Below the pieces are notes generated by a model. That model was not told the origin of the DNA and ran no database searches. It was given only the letters and a program-made list of their open reading frames with translations. DNA of 64,000 nt from Amoebophrya sp. A120 (taxonomy: Eukaryota > Protista > Dinoflagellata), in the NCBI GenBank assembly GCA_905178155.1, contig CAJINV010000005.1, positions 4,381,556 through 4,445,555 of the forward strand, read 5' to 3'. The translations under genes were made by a program, and so were the position numbers. Every line of letters starts with the position of its first letter. Within the stretch, counting starts at the first letter, position 1. Of the stretch, positions 60,474-64,000 are shown piece by piece.

Positions 60474-63400
60474 ATGAGATCATCGACCTCGTCGCTTTCA
60501 ACGCGGTCAACCGCCTCCTCGTCCGCTCGGGGAGCTGGAGGCACTAGTCGTATCAATAACTTTTTTGACGGGGATCGCGATCATCGTGTTGAAACGGCTG
60601 ACGCAAGATCCGACGGTGGGCTACACCTATCGGGGTCGAAATCCTCTTCCACAACATACCAGACTCGCACAGCTGATGTACAACTTTGCAAGACATACAC
60701 GGGGAATGATCATAGTACAAGAACCGGGTCGCCGTCGCTCACGCTTCTGGATATTGACGACGAGGAAATAGCGCAGCTGCAGCGCGACATTTTTTTCGGG
60801 AACGCAAGCAACGAAGCCCGGCCTCAGATTCGGCACCGTCTAAGCAGCGGCCATGCAGGCGCCCGAAAAACCGACCAGGAGGGGTACCGCACAGCGGGCA
60901 AGAAGGTTTATTCCGGAACCAGTCCGACGTCTCCGCTTAGCTCGAGTCCAACATCTCCCACGACCGCGACGACCGCGCCGAAGAGCTCTGGGGTCAGCGC
61001 GTCAACAAGTGCTGATCAAGAATGTTGGTTACTGGCGGAGCTTGTCGATGCCTCCGAGCACGCTTACTCTAATTCCAAATACACAGCACAGGAACTGGAA
61101 GTCATGCGTGGGCATATTCGACAGCAGCTCGCAAAGGACAGTGACGAGGACGAGGACTTGTGGAACTACGGTGCTTCCTCTGAGGCTGATACTAGTGCCG
61201 CTCTCTCGCGTGTGAAGCGGAAAAATGCACTGCTGATGCGAAAGAAAAAGGCACTGCGCTTCCGCTGCCTCTGCATCCTCGCCTACACCGGGTTTTTGTC
61301 GTTCCGCTGCGATCCCGTGTTCTCGCGGGAGATCACGGAGAGCACCTGGAAATTGCTTCTGATCACGGTGGAGTTGGCGAATGGCATCTTTTTCCTGTTG
61401 GACACACTGGTGGTGCGTCGGCTAATCTGGATGACATCACATCAAAACGATTTTTTGGTGGCGCACCAAGCAGGACGAGGTCGTATGTTTAATACAACTG
61501 CGCTGCCCGAGCCGAAACCGAATTCGGTTTTATTTCCTTGGATCTCCTGGCCGGAAGTCGTGGAAGTCTTGCTCCTCTTGGGCGCCACGCTGACGCAGTT
61601 GTTTTACCTCTTCGTTGCCACGCCCGCGACCAGCACGCGGAGCGACGCGTTTTTCCTCCAAGTGCTCGCTTTGCTGTGGCTCGTCCGCGTGCGCATCCCG
61701 ATCCAGGCACTGTTTTTCCAGAAGACCCAGGAGCAGAAGGAACTGCTGGCGTTTCGCGACTTTCTCAAGACGCTAACGGGCGGCCAAGGGGACGGGCAAT
61801 CGAATAGGAACAAAGGTAGCCCTCGCCCGAGAACAAGGACGTTGAAAAGTACGAGCACCTCCAAAGGACGAGGGCCGTCCTCGTTGGCGACGCGAGTTTC
61901 CTTGACGAAGATATTTTCCACGATTGTGTGGAGTTTTCTTCTGTTCGGCATTCTGTCGTACGTGCTGGCGCTCTACGTGGCCATGGAGTACAAGCAAAAC
62001 TACGAGGCATTCCAGCAGTACAGCAAGATGTCGGGGTGGAACTCAACGAAGCGGTTTGGCACGACGACGCGCAGCTTCGTGCAGTTGACGCGCGTGGCCT
62101 TCATGGATACCCGCGTTCTGCACGACGTGGTCCGGCACGCCCTGGGCTGCTACCCGTCCTTGGGGTACATCTTTCTGTTCCACTTTTTTCTCTGCGGGTT
62201 CGGTCTGTTGAATGTCATCCGAGCGTCCGTCGTCAGTTACGCCGGCGTAAAGACCGCCGTCGAGGAATTGGAAATGCGAAGCAGCCAGTTCGGAAACAAG
62301 CCCACCGACGCTAACAGCGGACACTTGCAGAAACTGGCCGAAATTTACGATGTTTTCAAGTTTGTCGCGGAGAAGAAGCTAACGCGGTTTGCGCTCCATT
62401 CAAGTGGTGGCACTTCTCTGGATGTGGACATGATCATTGACAGCAGTAGTTCATCTGAGGAACACCACTCGCTCTCGTCTTCAGCCTACGAAGCCCGTAT
62501 AAGAAGTCGGAACAAACAGACGGAGGCTGCCCGGCGACTCAGACACAGCAGTAGCAGTCGCGTGCTTCAGGCCTCGCGGATAGTTACGTCGTCTGCAGGT
62601 CGTGGCCCGGGCGCCTTTGCTCGGAGTAGATCCTCTCCTATCGGAGTGAAGGAAGTGGCAACTACTACGTCCTCTGGAGCAGCAGGAGCGTTCCAGGTCG
62701 CTGCGAGGTTAGCGGCAATTCCAGAGGAAGCGCGTCGGGAGTACGAGAAAGGTGCTGCTCGGTGCATCGGTGTGCGGAATGTCGTATCGAAAGGAAAAAT
62801 CCTCCCTCCCCATATCAAAACGGAATTTCTGATGCTGGATTTGCGTACACAAATCAGGTTTGTATTGCAGAGAGGCACTGCGGCCAGATCCCCAGGCTAG
62901 GTAGGGGCGTACGGGTCTAGTTGTTCAGCATGGCAAGCGGCTCACTTTTAGGCCCAACAGCATGACAAAGCGCTTCCATAATGAAGCGGAAGCTTCTGCC
63001 ATCGTCTTCTCGCAGAGGGGGGATTTTTCCTTTTGATATGTCGTTCCCATGCCACCAGACGTGAAAATTCAGATATGGCTTGCTCAGATGTTACAATCTC
63101 AAACGTTACAATAGAATCTGAAATTTGTGTTGCATGAACAGCATGAATACCAAAGAGAGACTTGGGCTTTTCGCAATACAAATTTCGGCAGATCTCCATG
63201 CGGTTTGGAGTTCCGAAACTTGTCATGCGCGCTCCTGTGGGAGTAGGCCAGATGTTGTGCATTTTGCAACACAAATTCTAGATTCTGTTGTAACGTTTGA
63301 GATTGTAACACCTGAGCAGGTTATATCAAAATCGCTTTCATTCTACCATCGGAGATGCCCCCTCTTGTGCGCGTCCCCGCGCGCAGCTGTTTGTGCGAAG

Positions 63401-64000
63401 AAAGGAGTTTGTCAGCTTCTTGATCTCTCAAAGACTCTTGCCCATGGAGGAGAATTTCGTTGACCCGAATCGAAGTAAGGTCGATGAAGATACGTTAATT
63501 CTGCTGAATGCGCTGACCGCTGGTTTGGTCGATGTGGCCGAAAACGGATTAGTACGACAAGTGCATGGAAGAAAAAGTTCGATTGCAAAGCGGCGCGAAA
63601 ACCCACAGCAAAGTGAAAATGGTTCTTATCGATCCATGTTTTACAACAGCCGGGCGCAACAACAGGAGGAACAGAGTTGCTGCCACGTCCTGTTCCCCAG
63701 ACTTTGTCAGCTGATGGAAGACGAACTCAGGGCGGAGCTGGGAGAAACAAGCGAGCACGGCGGGCCGTTGTGTGTACAACACGTGTTCGCAGACGTGGAC
63801 GAGCTTTTTGGCGCTTTGCACAAGATGCTGCTAGCCGCAGATGGGACAAACCTGGGCCGAGCAGCGGCGCACACTGCAACGAGTGCCACCTCCGTGATAG
63901 CCAAGGCGGCCAGCAGCAAGGACATGAGCATTCTGTGCAAGGGTTTCCATGCGGCGGCGCACACCAAGCTGGAAACGGAGCTCAGTGCGGAGCTGCAGCA
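60474..64000 (+). CDS. 6-TM ion transport (voltage-gated cation channel-like) protein, 3'-partial
   Basis: S5-pore-S6 pattern IVWSFLLFGILSYVLAL...FGTTTRSFVQL...IFLFHFFLCGFGLLNVI; the frame continues across two elements and a GT-AG intron to the window edge. Confidence 0.7.
62785..63038. mobile_element. TIR introner-like element, family D, internally deleted (254 bp), TSD TGTCG
   Basis: TATCGAAAGGAAAAATCCTCCCTC...GAGGGGGGATTTTTCCTTTTGATA; TGTCG at 62780-62784 and 63039-63043; closely colinear with 15946-16267 but 68 bp shorter. Confidence 0.92.
63074..63325. mobile_element. TIR introner-like element, family G (252 bp, TIR about 60 bp), TSD TCAGA/TCAAA
   Basis: TATGGCTTGCTCAGATGTTACAATCTCAAACGTTACAA...TTGTAACGTTTGAGATTGTAACACCTGAGCAGGTTATA; TSD has one mismatch. 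Confidence 0.9.

Noticed and set aside
1450-63330. Strict target-site consensus for the 5-bp TSD
   Set aside because: Only a weak C/G bias at positions 2 (18/22) and 4 (17/22) on a GC-rich coding background; sample too small
1-64000. tRNA, rRNA or SL RNA genes
   Set aside because: None recognised by eye; tRNAscan-SE and Infernal searches would be needed to exclude them

Overview
Eukaryotic, gene-dense genomic DNA with about 25 protein genes, all on the + strand, and ordinary GT-AG introns. The gene content and architecture resemble a dinoflagellate-lineage alveolate, most plausibly a Syndiniales parasite such as Amoebophrya (inference). The dominant signal is 22 non-autonomous elements of 150-322 bp, in 7 terminal-inverted-repeat (TIR) families. 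All have TAT...ATA ends (one has TAC on the left), a 5-bp target-site duplication (TSD; 21/22 perfect) and an internal TGT(C/G/A)ATGC-type motif. All 22 sit inside coding sequence. Removing the element plus one TSD copy restores the reading frame every time, including conserved motifs of NOG1, a cytidylyltransferase HxGH motif and a stop codon. No sliding of the boundaries gives GT-AG or GC-AG, and copies occur in both orientations. They therefore behave as non-canonical, transposon-derived introns (introner-like). No transposase is encoded in the window. Secondary signals are tight element pairs flanking micro-exons, intergenic GATC clusters, a virus/phage-like N6-adenine methyltransferase and two prokaryote-like enzymes. 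Gene models were reconstructed by eye and product calls come from motif recognition, not database searches.
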